Of a stretch of DNA of 64,000 nt, positions 28,440 to 38,288 are shown piece after piece (position 1 is the stretch's first letter; the number at the start of each line of letters is the position of its first letter). A program made the position numbers and the translations under genes. The notes beneath the pieces are model-generated. The model searched no databases. It was not told the origin of the DNA and was given only the letters and a program-made list of their open reading frames with translations. Source of the DNA: a candidate division FCPU426 bacterium (GTDB taxonomy: Bacteria; Oederibacteriota; Muellerivitia; Muellerivitales; Muellerivitaceae); contig JASHNQ010000050.1 in assembly GCA_030041545.1 (NCBI GenBank), positions 22,374-86,373 on the forward strand, read 5' to 3'.

Positions 28440-29310
28440 GGGCACTGGCGCATATGCGTTAGAATCCGGTGGCTTTTCCAACCCTTTAGGATTGGGCCTC
28501 AGTCCGGCTTTCTTGGCTATGTTTCCAGCGCCCCCTCATCAGTACGTGACCTTTTCGATCATACGGCTTTCCGACAACCTTTCCTCCGTCGGCTTTGCGG
28601 GTTCTGCTTTCTCTTGGCCGCTCGGCATAGTTCTTGTTGAAGATTACGCGCTTTTGTCCTTCAGAGTTGTTAGCCGTTTCCGGCATTCTCCAGCGCCACC
28701 CTTCTTGAATGCACGTGGTTGAAGCAGGGGACCTTCCCTCGGGAGAGGTTTTGTTGTCCTCCCCCTCTAAGCGGTACTATTTCCCCCTCCGACTTCCTCC
28801 CGTCACGCCTCCCTTTCGGTCGCCCTTATAGGAGCCGCTCTTTTAACGGGTAGGATCTCCCAGGTTGATGCATGAGCCTTTTCAGCGTTCCGCTCCCCAT
28901 ACGCCGGAGGATTTGCCTCACCCAATCCTGTTTCAGGGTGAGATTGTTGCCTTCGCCGGTGGACACGCGGCTCGGCCTCCCCTGTAGCCTTTCGGCGGAC
29001 TCTTCACGACGCGGCAGGATTCACTTCATGTTGCGGACTGCGGAGTTGTTCCCTTCCTTTCGAAGGTTTATGACCTCGTTTCGGACAAAGCCTCTCGACT
29101 TTGCCACGGAGGCTGACTTCGGGGCCCTCAGGCGGTTACCCCGTCAGGACTTGGTCCATATCGAACCTCACCTGCTGGCTACTGCACCCTTGTTCCTGGC
29201 ACACTGTCCACGACGGGTCCCAATCGTGGACACTCAAAATCAGCTGTACCTTTTTACAACTTCCTCCGTCTCTTTTGAGGCTCATTCCCATCAATAGCTA
29301 TTTTCCAAAT
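28440..29310 (-). other. ORF-free, lower-GC region; candidate structured RNA or degenerate group II intron fragment (unresolved)
   Basis: ~0.9 kb with only short low-complexity ORFs; plus strand pyrimidine-rich, so the minus transcript would be purine-rich; reverse complement of ~28548..28582 reads AAGCCGUAUGAUCGAAAAGGUCACGUACUGAUG, partly matching the group II domain V consensus GAGCCGUAUGCGAUGAAAGUCGCACGUACGGUUC. Confidence 0.3.
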
Positions 29311-29312
29311 AT

Positions 29313-30389
29313 TTATCGGCTTCTCCTCAACGACCTTTTGACGGCCCCTTCCACCAGGTCCACGGTCAAGTCCATCATGCATTTGAAATGGCCCAACGGA
29401 CACCTGTTTTTACCGTGCGCGTCGCAGGGACGGCAGGGCAGGTTGGCGGCCTCCACCACCGTGTGGGGGCCCCAGGGCTCGAAACCCAATGAAGGGGTGG
29501 TGGAACCGTAAATCACCACCACCCGGCATCCGCGGCCCGAAGCCAGGTGGATGAGGCCCGAATCGTTGCCGACGAAAAGGTCGCAACGCCCTAAAAGCGT
29601 GATGGCCTGTTCCAAGGAATATTCTCCGGCCAGGTTGAGGCCCCGTTCCAAGGGCGTGCCGCGCATCTTGGCCTTGATGGACTCGATCAAGGGGGCTTCC
29701 TCCGGGCTTCCGAACCATAAAAGGGCGCAGCGGTAGTCCTCCACCAGGCGGGAGGCTAGCTCCGCGTACCGTTCGGGCATCCAGCGCTTGGTGTTCCACC
29801 TGGCGCCCGGCCCTAATCCGACAACCAGTTGGGAAGGGGAGATCCTTCGCCGTTCCAAGAACTCCCTTAAAAAAGACTGGTCCTTCCGGGAAACTGGGAG
29901 CTCGAATTTGATCTTCAGGTGGGGTTTCACCCCCAAGGGTTCCAGGATACGCAGGTATTTTTGGATCGTGTGGAGCCCCGCGCCGCCCGTCCGTTTTTTC
30001 ACCAGCAGCCTGCGCCGCGCCGCCTCGCTGTCATAGACCCAAAGCCGCGCCTTCCGGAGGAAAAGGGAAACGAGATGGCTCCTCCAAGAGTCGTGCAGGT
30101 CCAAAACCAGCGTGGGGTCCATGCGCCGGATTTCCTGGACATGCTCCCAAAAACGGAAGGGGCCCGGCCCTTCCAGGGGAATCACGCGGGTCAGGGCCGG
30201 ATGGTTCTGGAGGACGGGAACATACCGCCTTTTAGTGGCGAAATAAACCTGGGCGCGGGGGAAAGCCGCCAAAAGGCCGTCCAAGACTGGGTTGGCCAAA
30301 GCCACGTCGCCGAGGGAAGAGTACCTCATGACCAATATTCTGGGAATAGGGGCAGACACGGTTTTGTCGGCTTGGGATTTCGGAACCAT
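29313..30389 (-). CDS. glycosyltransferase family 9 (LPS heptosyltransferase-like)
   Basis: ILVMRYSSLGDVALANPVL N-terminal GT9 motif and GT9-like C-terminal half. Confidence 0.75.
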   Translation of the reverse strand: MVPKSQADKTVSAPIPRILVMRYSSLGDVALANPVLDGLLAAFPRAQVYFATKRRYVPVLQNHPALTRVIPLEGPGPFRFWEHVQEIRRMDPTLVLDLHDSWRSHLVSLFLRKARLWVYDSEAARRRLLVKKRTGGAGLHTIQKYLRILEPLGVKPHLKIKFELPVSRKDQSFLREFLERRRISPSQLVVGLGPGARWNTKRWMPERYAELASRLVEDYRCALLWFGSPEEAPLIESIKAKMRGTPLERGLNLAGEYSLEQAITLLGRCDLFVGNDSGLIHLASGRGCRVVVIYGSTTPSLGFEPWGPHTVVEAANLPCRPCDAHGKNRCPLGHFKCMMDLTVDLVEGAVKRSLRRSR

Positions 30390-30396
30390 CGCCTCT

Positions 30397-30430
30397 CTCG
30401 AATTTTAAATTTAAGAATTCAAAATTTTTC
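30397..30430. repeat. short AT-rich palindrome of the GAATTTTGAATT family
   Basis: cgaattttaaatttaagaattcaaaatttttcg, between the GT9 gene start and the lpxK end. Confidence 0.45.
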
Positions 30431-30431
30431 G

Positions 30432-31553
30432 TCAGGTGTTTGAGCAGGTCAGCGATATATTTTTCAGCACCGACTCCCAGTGGTTCTTCCCTCCGGTCAC
30501 CTCCCACTTGATCTCCAGCACCAGGATGGGGATTTCCAACTCCATTTCCCGGGGAAGTTTCACTTCGTCTTTCTGCGTCGTGACAAGGTATTGCAGGCCC
30601 CGGAGTTTAGCGTCCCCCAAAATATCCTTTAATTTCTCCTCCGTATAGGGGTAATGGTCGCGTAGGGTATAGGCATGCCGGATGAGCACCTTGAACTCCG
30701 CCAGGGAGCGGATAAAGGACAGGGGGTTGGCCACGCCCGAGAAGGCTCCCACCGAGGCCCGGTCCAGGGAGGACGGTTTCACTTCCTTCCCGCTTTGAAA
30801 ATCCTTCAAAACAATGGGTTTGTAACGGGATTCCACGACATAGGCCCGTGGGTTGTGCCGGTGAAGGACGGTGCGGATATCCTCCGGGCTTCGCGCCAGG
30901 TTCACCTTGTTCAAGACGAACACGTCGGCCTCGGCCAGGGCGCCCAGGGGCTCCCGCAGGAGTCCCGCCGGAAGGACCCACCCCGTGCTGAAGGGGTTGA
31001 TGCCGTCCACGATCAGGATGTCCAAATCCCGGTGGAGTTCGAATCGCCGTTGGTAGCCGTCATCCAGGATAAAAAGGTCGGGTTTGAATTCCCGTATCGC
31101 CTCCTTTCCCGCCTCATACCGATTCTTGGCCACCAGCACGGCCGCCTCCGGCACGCTTTGGGCGATTAAAAGGGGTTCGTCACCCCCGTCCTTCGCGTCC
31201 ACCAGCAACTTTCGGCCGTTGGACACCCAAACCACGGGGGAACGATTCCGAAGCCGCCGGTAACCCCGGCTTAAAACCGCGACTCGCCGGCCTTCCTTGG
31301 AGAAATGCCGGGCCAGGGAAATGACCACCGGCGTCTTTCCCGTCCCCCCCGTGGTGAGATTGCCAACGCTCACCACCGGGCAGGTCAGCCTTTTGCGGCG
31401 TAAAAGGCCCGAGCGATAGGACGTTTTTTTGGTCCACCAGCCCGCCAGGAATATAAAGGAAAAAACTTTCAAGATCGAGAACAGGACCTTGTCCCCCAAC
31501 TTATGGGGTTTGTCATGGAGGAATTTAAGGTAGGAGGTTTCAAAATCGCTCAT
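30432..31553 (-). CDS. lpxK: tetraacyldisaccharide 4'-kinase
   Basis: VVSVGNLTTGGTGKTPVVISLARHF P-loop and LpxK-like length. Confidence 0.85.
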   Translation of the reverse strand: MSDFETSYLKFLHDKPHKLGDKVLFSILKVFSFIFLAGWWTKKTSYRSGLLRRKRLTCPVVSVGNLTTGGTGKTPVVISLARHFSKEGRRVAVLSRGYRRLRNRSPVVWVSNGRKLLVDAKDGGDEPLLIAQSVPEAAVLVAKNRYEAGKEAIREFKPDLFILDDGYQRRFELHRDLDILIVDGINPFSTGWVLPAGLLREPLGALAEADVFVLNKVNLARSPEDIRTVLHRHNPRAYVVESRYKPIVLKDFQSGKEVKPSSLDRASVGAFSGVANPLSFIRSLAEFKVLIRHAYTLRDHYPYTEEKLKDILGDAKLRGLQYLVTTQKDEVKLPREMELEIPILVLEIKWEVTGGKNHWESVLKNISLTCSNT

Positions 31554-31570
31554 TCACACTTCCAGACCGC

Positions 31571-31672
31571 CCTCACCACGAAGTACACGAAGACCACGAA
31601 GTAAAATCAATGTTGTTCAATACATTTTCGACCTACTTTGTGTACTTTGTGCCCTTTGTGGTAAGAGTTTTA
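31571..31672. repeat. compound palindromic element P3 (CACrAAG tandem-unit arms)
   Basis: cctcaccacgaagtacacgaagaccacgaagt ... actttgtgtactttgtgccctttgtggtaagag, in the lpxK-waaA intergenic gap. Confidence 0.7.
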
Positions 31673-31687
31673 GTTTTGAGACAGCTT

Positions 31688-32959
31688 CTAGTCATGGTCC
31701 ATCGGCCAGTGGGCGAGGACTTGCTGCACCGTCCGTTCCGTGGCCCCGCGCATGGAAACCACCGAATCATGGGCCCTATTGCCCGCTTCCCTAGCCGTGT
31801 CCGAGTCCATGAATTTTTGGAAGGCCTTCAACAAGTCGGGCCCGTCATCCACCAGGACCCCTCCACCTGACTCGATCAAGGCCTGGGCCGCCTCCCCCAC
31901 GTTTTGCGTGTAACGGCCGAAGCAAACCGGCACGTGGGACAAGGCCGGCTCCATCACGTTGTGCCCTCCGATGGGAACCAGGGTGCCGCCCACGAAGGCG
32001 GCCCGAGACAGGGCGTAAGCTAAAGATAACTCCCCCACCGTATCCAGCACAATGACCCGTTCGGGCCCGAGGCCTTTTTCCAGCTCGCCGCGGAAAACAT
32101 GGCTGATGCCGAGGGCCTTTAATTTTTGCCGGTAAATTTCGACATTCTTCAAATGGCGGGGCGCGATGAGGACCTTCACATCCGGGGAAAAACGCAACAT
32201 TTCAGGCACAAGGGGAAGCAATGGGTCCTCCTCCCCGCCGCGCAAGCTGCCCAAGGTAAAAAGGATATCCCGGTTCAACAGCCGCAATTTTTCCTTGAAA
32301 TTCTGGGCGGTCAAGGCCTCCGGGGCCTGGAGGTCGTACTTCATTTGGCCCATCACCTGGATGCGCTCGCGGGAAACCCCCAAGGATTCGAGGCGGTCGG
32401 CGTCCTGGCGGGTTTGCACCAGGCAGGCGTTGAAGCGGTTCAACGCCGGGGCGAAAAGTCCCCTCAAGCGGCGGTAGGAAGGGAAACTCCTGTCCGATAT
32501 CCGGCCGTTGACCAAAAGGAGGGGAATGCCGTTTTGCCCGGTCCGAAGAAACCAATTGGGCCAAAATTCAGTTTCCGCCACCAAGACCATTAGCGGCCGG
32601 AAGGCTTGGAAGGCCCTTTTCAAAGCGGGGGTCATGTCCAGGGGCGCCAAAAAAACGGCGTCCGCCACTTCCTTTTCCAGGGCGACCTTTTTCCCCGTTT
32701 CCGAGGTGGTGGTAAGGACGATGCGGGCTTCCGGTTTGGCCTTGCGCAAAGCCTGGCAAAAGGGCCTGATGGCGTTCACTTCCCCGGCCGAGGCCGCGTG
32801 CAGCCAGACGTTGTAACCCACGGCTAGTTTTTGGCGGCTTTCGGGGGAGTAGGAACCCAAGCGTTCCCGGAAAGAATCCTGGCGATTAAAAAAAGAAACC
32901 AGCCTTGCCGGGAAATAAAGGAAAACCATGAGGCACCGATAAATCCAGGGCAAACCCAT
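31688..32959 (-). CDS. waaA: 3-deoxy-D-manno-octulosonic acid (Kdo) transferase
   Basis: 423 aa with KdtA/WaaA family architecture, sitting inside the lipid A gene cluster. Confidence 0.85.
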   Translation of the reverse strand: MGLPWIYRCLMVFLYFPARLVSFFNRQDSFRERLGSYSPESRQKLAVGYNVWLHAASAGEVNAIRPFCQALRKAKPEARIVLTTTSETGKKVALEKEVADAVFLAPLDMTPALKRAFQAFRPLMVLVAETEFWPNWFLRTGQNGIPLLLVNGRISDRSFPSYRRLRGLFAPALNRFNACLVQTRQDADRLESLGVSRERIQVMGQMKYDLQAPEALTAQNFKEKLRLLNRDILFTLGSLRGGEEDPLLPLVPEMLRFSPDVKVLIAPRHLKNVEIYRQKLKALGISHVFRGELEKGLGPERVIVLDTVGELSLAYALSRAAFVGGTLVPIGGHNVMEPALSHVPVCFGRYTQNVGEAAQALIESGGGVLVDDGPDLLKAFQKFMDSDTAREAGNRAHDSVVSMRGATERTVQQVLAHWPMDHD

Positions 32960-32989
32960 GTTAAAGAAACCTTCCTTAATTTAAAAGTT

Positions 32990-33643
32990 CTAACGGTTAA
33001 AAAAATTCTCCGCTTCTTGGGTTACCCGGTCCATTTCGTTTTGGATCTTTCGAAAGTATTCCTGGTCATTCCCTTCCTCGGCCGGGATGCGGATGGGCTC
33101 GCCATAGACGAAAACCGCCCTGGAAAAAGGCTTGGGGATGATGAATTGGTCCCAGCTCTTGAGGCGCCAGCAACGCTCGGCCGCGAAGCCGAAGGGCACT
33201 ACCGGGCAGCCCGCCAGCCGGGCGATCTGCACTACGCCCATTTTCATCCGCCGGCGGGGCCCCCGGGGGCCGTCCGGGGTGATGGCGCAGCGCTTTCCCG
33301 CTTTCAAGTCATCCACCATTTCCCGCGTGGCTTCCTGTCCCCCTTTGGAGCTGGAGCCCCGGACGGCCGTGTACCCGAAAAATTTGCCGATGGCGGTGAT
33401 CAGCTCGCCGTCCCGGCTGGCCGAGATCATCACGTGCACGTCCTGGTCCCGGTGGTGCCAGACGCTCATCAGGATCGTCTCGTGCCAGAGGGCCCAAAGG
33501 GGCGGCTCAGGCTGCCGGGCCCGGGGGCCCCAGTCGGCCCTCCCCTGCTCCTGCATCCTCAAGGTCAAACCCAACAAGTGGACGAGCGGCGTGGCCAGGA
33601 GGACGATCAGCCAGTCCATCGGGGATAGTCGATGGGTTCTCAA
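32990..33643 (-). CDS. DUF374 / lysophospholipid-acyltransferase-like protein commonly adjacent to waaA
   Basis: LWHETILMSVWHHRDQDVHVMISASRDGELI pattern typical of DUF374; position next to waaA. Confidence 0.6.
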   Translation of the reverse strand: MRTHRLSPMDWLIVLLATPLVHLLGLTLRMQEQGRADWGPRARQPEPPLWALWHETILMSVWHHRDQDVHVMISASRDGELITAIGKFFGYTAVRGSSSKGGQEATREMVDDLKAGKRCAITPDGPRGPRRRMKMGVVQIARLAGCPVVPFGFAAERCWRLKSWDQFIIPKPFSRAVFVYGEPIRIPAEEGNDQEYFRKIQNEMDRVTQEAENFFNR

Positions 33644-33660
33644 GAAATCGTTCCCAAAAA

Positions 33661-33772
33661 CGAATTATGAATTATGAATTTTGAATTTTGAATTGCGGTT
33701 GGTTTCGCTTCCAAATTCGAATCGAAATTCTTCTTACTATAATTCAAAATTGAGAATTCAAAATTCAAAATT
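33661..33772. repeat. AT-rich compound palindrome Q1 (GAATTWTGAATT tandem-unit arms)
   Basis: gaattatgaattatgaattttgaattttgaatt ... aattcaaaattgagaattcaaaattcaaaatt, between the DUF374 gene start and the lpxB end. Confidence 0.65.
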
Positions 33773-34922
33773 AGCCTTTCAACAGCTTCAGGATTTCCCG
33801 GGCGACATTTTCAGAGGCTTTGGGCGGGCGGGCAATGCTCTTTTTGATTTTTTGGAAGGCCTTGGTTTGGCGGTCCCGGAAAGCCTTTTGGTCCAAAAGC
33901 CGGTGGGTTTCCTCGACGAGGCGCTTGGCCGTGGCCTTTTCCTGGAGAAGCTCGGTGACCACCGTCTGGCCCGCCAAGAGGTTGACCAAAGAGACGTTTT
34001 TTACCCTCAAAAGCCCCTTCACCAGCCAACCCGTGACGGCCGCCACCTTGTAAACCACCACCATGGGCGTTTTTAAAAGAGCCGTTTCCAGGGTGCTAGT
34101 GCCGGATTTAACCCAAGCCACATCGCAGGCCTTGCGTAGGTCGTAGGCCGGCCCCTCCACGAAAAAAAAAGGGTCGTCGGGGGTCAAGCCGTGAAAATCG
34201 TCCTGCTCCAACCCATGGGATTTGGGCACGATAAAGGCCGCGTCCGGGCAGGCCTTGCGCAGCAGCCGGGAGGCCTTTAAAAATAGCGGCCAAAGCCTTT
34301 CGATCTCGTCCTTGCGGCTTCCGGGCATGGCGCAAACCACGGGAAAGCGGGAATAGGAAATGCCCTTTTCCTCCAAAACAGCCTTTCGGTGGATGGGCCC
34401 AAGGTCTATCTCCTCCACCAACGGGTTTCCCACGTAAACCGCTTGGATGCCATGCTTGCGGAAATAAGCCGTCTCAAAAGGGAAAATGACAAGGAGCTTC
34501 CGCAGGATTTTTTTCATCACCTTGACCCGGCCCTCGTTCCAGGCCCAGACCTTGGGCGCGATGTAATAGCAAACGGGCACCTTGAGCCGGTAGGCGGCTT
34601 GCGCCAGCCGCAGGTTGAAACCGGGGTAATCCACTAGGAAAAGGAGGTCGGGTTTTTCGGCCTTCAGCCAGTTTTCGCAATCCCTGAGGCGCCTCAAACT
34701 GGCCGGAAGGTGCCGGAGGACCTCCGCGAAACCCATCACGGCCTTGGAGGTGAGGTCTTCCCGCGCTTCCATGCCCGCTTTCGCCATGCGGGGACCGCCA
34801 AAGCCGAAAATCCTTAATTTTTTATTCTTTCCAAGGAGCGCCCGAATGACCCTGGACGCGTGAAGGTCGCCGGAGGCTTCGCCGGCGACCATCAGGATGG
34901 ATCGGGGTTGGGGAGAGCGCAT
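33771..34922 (-). CDS. lpxB: lipid-A-disaccharide synthase
   Basis: ILMVAGEASGDLHASRVIRAL N-terminal motif and LpxB length. Confidence 0.85.
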   Translation of the reverse strand: MRSPQPRSILMVAGEASGDLHASRVIRALLGKNKKLRIFGFGGPRMAKAGMEAREDLTSKAVMGFAEVLRHLPASLRRLRDCENWLKAEKPDLLFLVDYPGFNLRLAQAAYRLKVPVCYYIAPKVWAWNEGRVKVMKKILRKLLVIFPFETAYFRKHGIQAVYVGNPLVEEIDLGPIHRKAVLEEKGISYSRFPVVCAMPGSRKDEIERLWPLFLKASRLLRKACPDAAFIVPKSHGLEQDDFHGLTPDDPFFFVEGPAYDLRKACDVAWVKSGTSTLETALLKTPMVVVYKVAAVTGWLVKGLLRVKNVSLVNLLAGQTVVTELLQEKATAKRLVEETHRLLDQKAFRDRQTKAFQKIKKSIARPPKASENVAREILKLLKG

Positions 34923-34956
34923 GCGGGCCTTCCAGGGATGGGACCTGCCCCCGGAT

Positions 34957-36156
34957 TCACGGGAGCGCGGCTTTCTTTTCTTCCAGGAGTTGCCGATACC
35001 ACTGGAGGTGCCGCTCCACCCAGGGTTCCAGGCTGAAACGCAGCGCTATTTTACGGGTTTCCCGCCGGAATTTCGCCATTAAAGCTTTAGACCCTAAAAC
35101 CTTCTCCAAAGCGTTCGCCCATTCCTGGGGATCGTCCGTGTCAAGCACCAAACCGCCTTGGGCCTTGCCGGGCTTTGACTCGAGTATCTCCGCCAATCCT
35201 CCGCCCCGGCGCGCGACCACCGGCCGGCCGCAGGCCATGGCTTCCACCACCGCCATGCCGAAGGATTCGGCCTCGGCCGCGTGCACCGCCAAATCCAACG
35301 CGGAAAGGAAACCGGCCACATCCTGAACGTAACCTTCATAGATGAACGCCTTTTCAATCCCCAGCTTCTTACGGAGGTCCAGGCACCGGTCGAAATACCA
35401 TTTTTCGTCGAGAGTATGTTTTCCGATGACCCTGAAGCGCACTTTCGGCCTTTGGGCGATCAGCTTGGCGGCGCAACGCAGCAAGAGTTCGTGGCCTTTG
35501 CCGGGTGTGACGCGGGAAACCATGCCGATCACCTCGTTCGGGCCCCAACCCCAGGCTTTCCGGAGCCTCTTGCGGGCGTCCGCCTTGAGCCGGAACTCCC
35601 GGAGGTCCACCGGCATGAAGGAGGTTTGGACCTTTTCCGGCTCAACAGGACAGGTTTCAACGACGTTTTGCCGGATGAATTCGGAACAGGTAAGCAAAAG
35701 GTCGACTCGTCCGTAAAGCCGCCGGTGGAGCAAGTCCTTTTTAGCGACGCCGGAAGCCACGTGTTTGGTGAGGAAGAGAGGCCCCTTCCAGCCCGCGAGG
35801 GCCAAGGCGGGAACCACCGACCACAAATCCTTCGTGTGGTGGAGGTGAATCACGTCCGGCGCCTCTTTCCGGAGGGCCTTCAGGATTTCCAGTGCGCTGG
35901 GAGGGCTGAAATGTCCGTGGAAGTGGAAAGCCTCGGTCAAAAGGCCCGCTTCCTGGGCTTTTTTCCCTAGGAACGAGCCGGGGTCGGCCCAAATGGAAAC
36001 TTCGTGTCCCTTTTTCCGCAAGGCCCGGGCCAGCAGGAGGGGGGCCAGTTCCCGGCCTCCCTCGCCCCGGGATGCGAGCGCTTGGACGATGCGGTAGCGG
36101 GAATGACGGTTCACGAAAACCCCTGGGCGCGGATTAAAAACATTTAACAAAACCAT
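34957..36156 (-). CDS. glycosyltransferase family 4 (GT-B fold)
   Basis: C-terminal GT4 motif ...ESFGMAVVEAMACGRPVVA. Confidence 0.75.
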   Translation of the reverse strand: MVLLNVFNPRPGVFVNRHSRYRIVQALASRGEGGRELAPLLLARALRKKGHEVSIWADPGSFLGKKAQEAGLLTEAFHFHGHFSPPSALEILKALRKEAPDVIHLHHTKDLWSVVPALALAGWKGPLFLTKHVASGVAKKDLLHRRLYGRVDLLLTCSEFIRQNVVETCPVEPEKVQTSFMPVDLREFRLKADARKRLRKAWGWGPNEVIGMVSRVTPGKGHELLLRCAAKLIAQRPKVRFRVIGKHTLDEKWYFDRCLDLRKKLGIEKAFIYEGYVQDVAGFLSALDLAVHAAEAESFGMAVVEAMACGRPVVARRGGGLAEILESKPGKAQGGLVLDTDDPQEWANALEKVLGSKALMAKFRRETRKIALRFSLEPWVERHLQWYRQLLEEKKAALP

Positions 36157-36159
36157 AAA

Positions 36160-36256
36160 CTCTTACCACAAAGTTCACAAAGGACACAAAGTAAAGACTC
36201 ATTCTTTGGAAAAATCATCGGTTTTACTTCGTGATCTTCGTGTACTTCGTGGTGAG
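36160..36256. repeat. compound palindromic element P4 (CACAAAG tandem-unit arms)
   Basis: ctcttaccacaaagttcacaaaggacacaaagt ... acttcgtgatcttcgtgtacttcgtggtgagaaa. Confidence 0.7.
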
Positions 36257-36273
36257 AAATTTTTTTAAGGCCT

Positions 36274-37389
36274 CTAATAAGGCGGGGGCACGGGGATGAT
36301 GGTGAACCGGAAATTGAAGTAACCCAACACCGCGTAGCCGCTGTCCCACCTCTCATAGCCCAAGTTGAAGGCGAAAAGCCCGTCAATCTGCGAATCCAAC
36401 ATGACCGGGTTATATTCCATGGGGAAGGGCTTCCAAATCTCGAATTTCATGTTGGTACCCAAAAGCCTTGTGTTGAAACCGGTGTAAAAAATGTTGGGCG
36501 GCGAGTTTTGGACGTTGGACAAAGTCGGGCTGGTGGTTGTCAGGGGGATCAGTTGGGAATAGGTCATGCTGGGCCCCAATCCCCAATCGTTGTTGGACGT
36601 GGCTTGGCCGAACCCGTAAATATAGCCGAAATGGACCGCCGAAGTCCGCGACACGCTCTTGCTCATGACCGTATAGACGCCGCCCATCGAACTGCCGGTC
36701 AACGTGAAAGTATTGCTGCCCGCCGACCCTGAGGAGCTGGGGGTGCCCCCGTTGAGGAGCATGGATAAGAGGAGTCCGGAGGCGAAAGCCGGCGTGTCCC
36801 CCTTCTCGTCCAGCCAGGCGTATTTCACGTCGCTGGTCAAGAGCCACAGCCTCAACGGATTCAGGTAGTTCGTCGGCTGGCCGATATCCTTTTCCGCGAT
36901 GGTCCCGATGAGGTAAGTGAAGGCGATGTCCCAATTGAAGCCGTCCCAACGCTGCCAGTCGTTGGAATAGGCCGTGGGCCAAAGGGCCAGGGACGCCCGT
37001 GAAATGCTGGGCGTGTCGGTCATGGTGGGGGTGTTCGTGGGGATGGTCCCCGTGACCGTGGGGGTGAAGGTGTAGGTGATGGTCGGCGTGGCGGTCGGGG
37101 ATCCCGGCGTGGGGGTGTCGGTGTAAAAGGAGGCAAAGGGATCCCAAGTCGGAGTCCATGTGGGGGTGGCGAAGGGGTTTTCGGTGAAGGTGGACGTGGG
37201 AGTCGCGGTGGGCGTGTCGGCAACCGTCGGGGTGTCAGTGTTGGGCGCGGCGGCGGTGAAGGTGGGCGTGGGAGTGCCCGTGGGGGGGAAGGTAGGCGTC
37301 GGGACCGCGGACTGCGCCCATAGCCAGCCGGCCGCGGAAAACGCCAAAAGCTCAACGCAAAATATAAACCTTAACTTTTTTGCGCCCAA
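36274..37389 (-). CDS. secreted Thr/Pro-rich repeat protein with conserved C-terminal domain
   Basis: TTG start; signal peptide; TPTxT repeats; aromatic-rich C-terminal region. Confidence 0.5.
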   Translation of the reverse strand: MGAKKLRFIFCVELLAFSAAGWLWAQSAVPTPTFPPTGTPTPTFTAAAPNTDTPTVADTPTATPTSTFTENPFATPTWTPTWDPFASFYTDTPTPGSPTATPTITYTFTPTVTGTIPTNTPTMTDTPSISRASLALWPTAYSNDWQRWDGFNWDIAFTYLIGTIAEKDIGQPTNYLNPLRLWLLTSDVKYAWLDEKGDTPAFASGLLLSMLLNGGTPSSSGSAGSNTFTLTGSSMGGVYTVMSKSVSRTSAVHFGYIYGFGQATSNNDWGLGPSMTYSQLIPLTTTSPTLSNVQNSPPNIFYTGFNTRLLGTNMKFEIWKPFPMEYNPVMLDSQIDGLFAFNLGYERWDSGYAVLGYFNFRFTIIPVPPPY

Positions 37390-38203
37390 ACTGGACCGCC
37401 TGTTCGTAAGTGTCGAAGCACAGATCTATCTTCCCACCCTTGATGGCCCCGCCCGTGTCCGCCGCGATGGCGTAGCCGTAACCCTCGATGTAAAGCGGGG
37501 TCCTCAGCCGGATAAACCGTGGGTCCACCGCCGCCACCCCGTAACCCGCCTTGAGTCCCGATGCCGTGGTGCCCGAGGCGTAAGGCCAGGTATCCTCCGG
37601 CCCGGGATAATAAGCCGTGGCCTCCAGGGTTACGACCTTGCGGACCCTCGCCCTGTTCTTCAGGGAATAAAGTTTTTGCCGGAAACCGGTTCCTTCCACC
37701 ACTTGGGCGTCATGCGCCGGCTCCAATATGGTGCATTGGAGGACTTTTTCAAAGGCCTCCTCGCCGTTCAAGGTGTAGGATTCGGTTTGAAGCTCCTCGA
37801 GGCCGTCCTGGCCCGGCTCCACGTCGATGATCTCCCCCACGTTCAAGGTGTCCGTGTAGTCCGTGTGCGTCGTGAAGGGAACGGTCTTCTTGACGTCTTT
37901 CACGTGGCGCTCGACGATCCCCAAATCAATTTCCATTCCCTCGGTGACCGGCTCCGAGGGATCGGGCGCCACCACGTCCCGGGGTTTCAGGCGGATGCCT
38001 TGGTCCCAAAGCGCCTCGCCGACGGTCTTACCGGCGGCCAAAACCCCGGAAGCCTTCCCCGATTCATAAAAAACGAGATGATGGTAATCCGTGTGCGCCC
38101 TTTGATGCCCATACCAGCCCACCAGGCTAAAAACGACGGCAAGCACGGTGAAGGCCGCCATGGAATAGACGTTTCGCCATCCCTTTTGTTTCACCTGAAC
38201 CAT
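37352..38203 (-). CDS. 3D-domain protein (YabE-like; G5-like + 3D domains)
   Basis: N-terminal TM anchor; C-terminal 3D-domain motifs ATAYYPG...YASG...AVDP...[18 protein letters not shown]. Confidence 0.65.
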   Translation of the reverse strand: MVQVKQKGWRNVYSMAAFTVLAVVFSLVGWYGHQRAHTDYHHLVFYESGKASGVLAAGKTVGEALWDQGIRLKPRDVVAPDPSEPVTEGMEIDLGIVERHVKDVKKTVPFTTHTDYTDTLNVGEIIDVEPGQDGLEELQTESYTLNGEEAFEKVLQCTILEPAHDAQVVEGTGFRQKLYSLKNRARVRKVVTLEATAYYPGPEDTWPYASGTTASGLKAGYGVAAVDPRFIRLRTPLYIEGYGYAIAADTGGAIKGGKIDLCFDTYEQAVQFGRKKVKVYILR

Positions 38204-38288
38204 TGTCTGATTTTAAGCCCCTGGAAAGGAGAATAAACCGCAAACCGACGCCCCAAGCTGTCCAGTGGTCGAAAAGGGGTCTTTACCG

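Noticed and set aside
28524-28553. Hammerhead-ribozyme-like string CUGAUGAG...GAAAC on the minus strand
   Set aside because: Stem II cannot be formed convincingly from the intervening GGGGGCGCUG; likely a chance match, kept only as a note inside the ncRNA-candidate finding.
28440-29310. Possibility that this block is RNase P RNA or tmRNA
   Set aside because: A canonical rnpB is found at 51.0-51.5 kb; no tmRNA 3' acceptor-like GGUUCGAUUCC...CCA motif or tag-peptide frame was seen.
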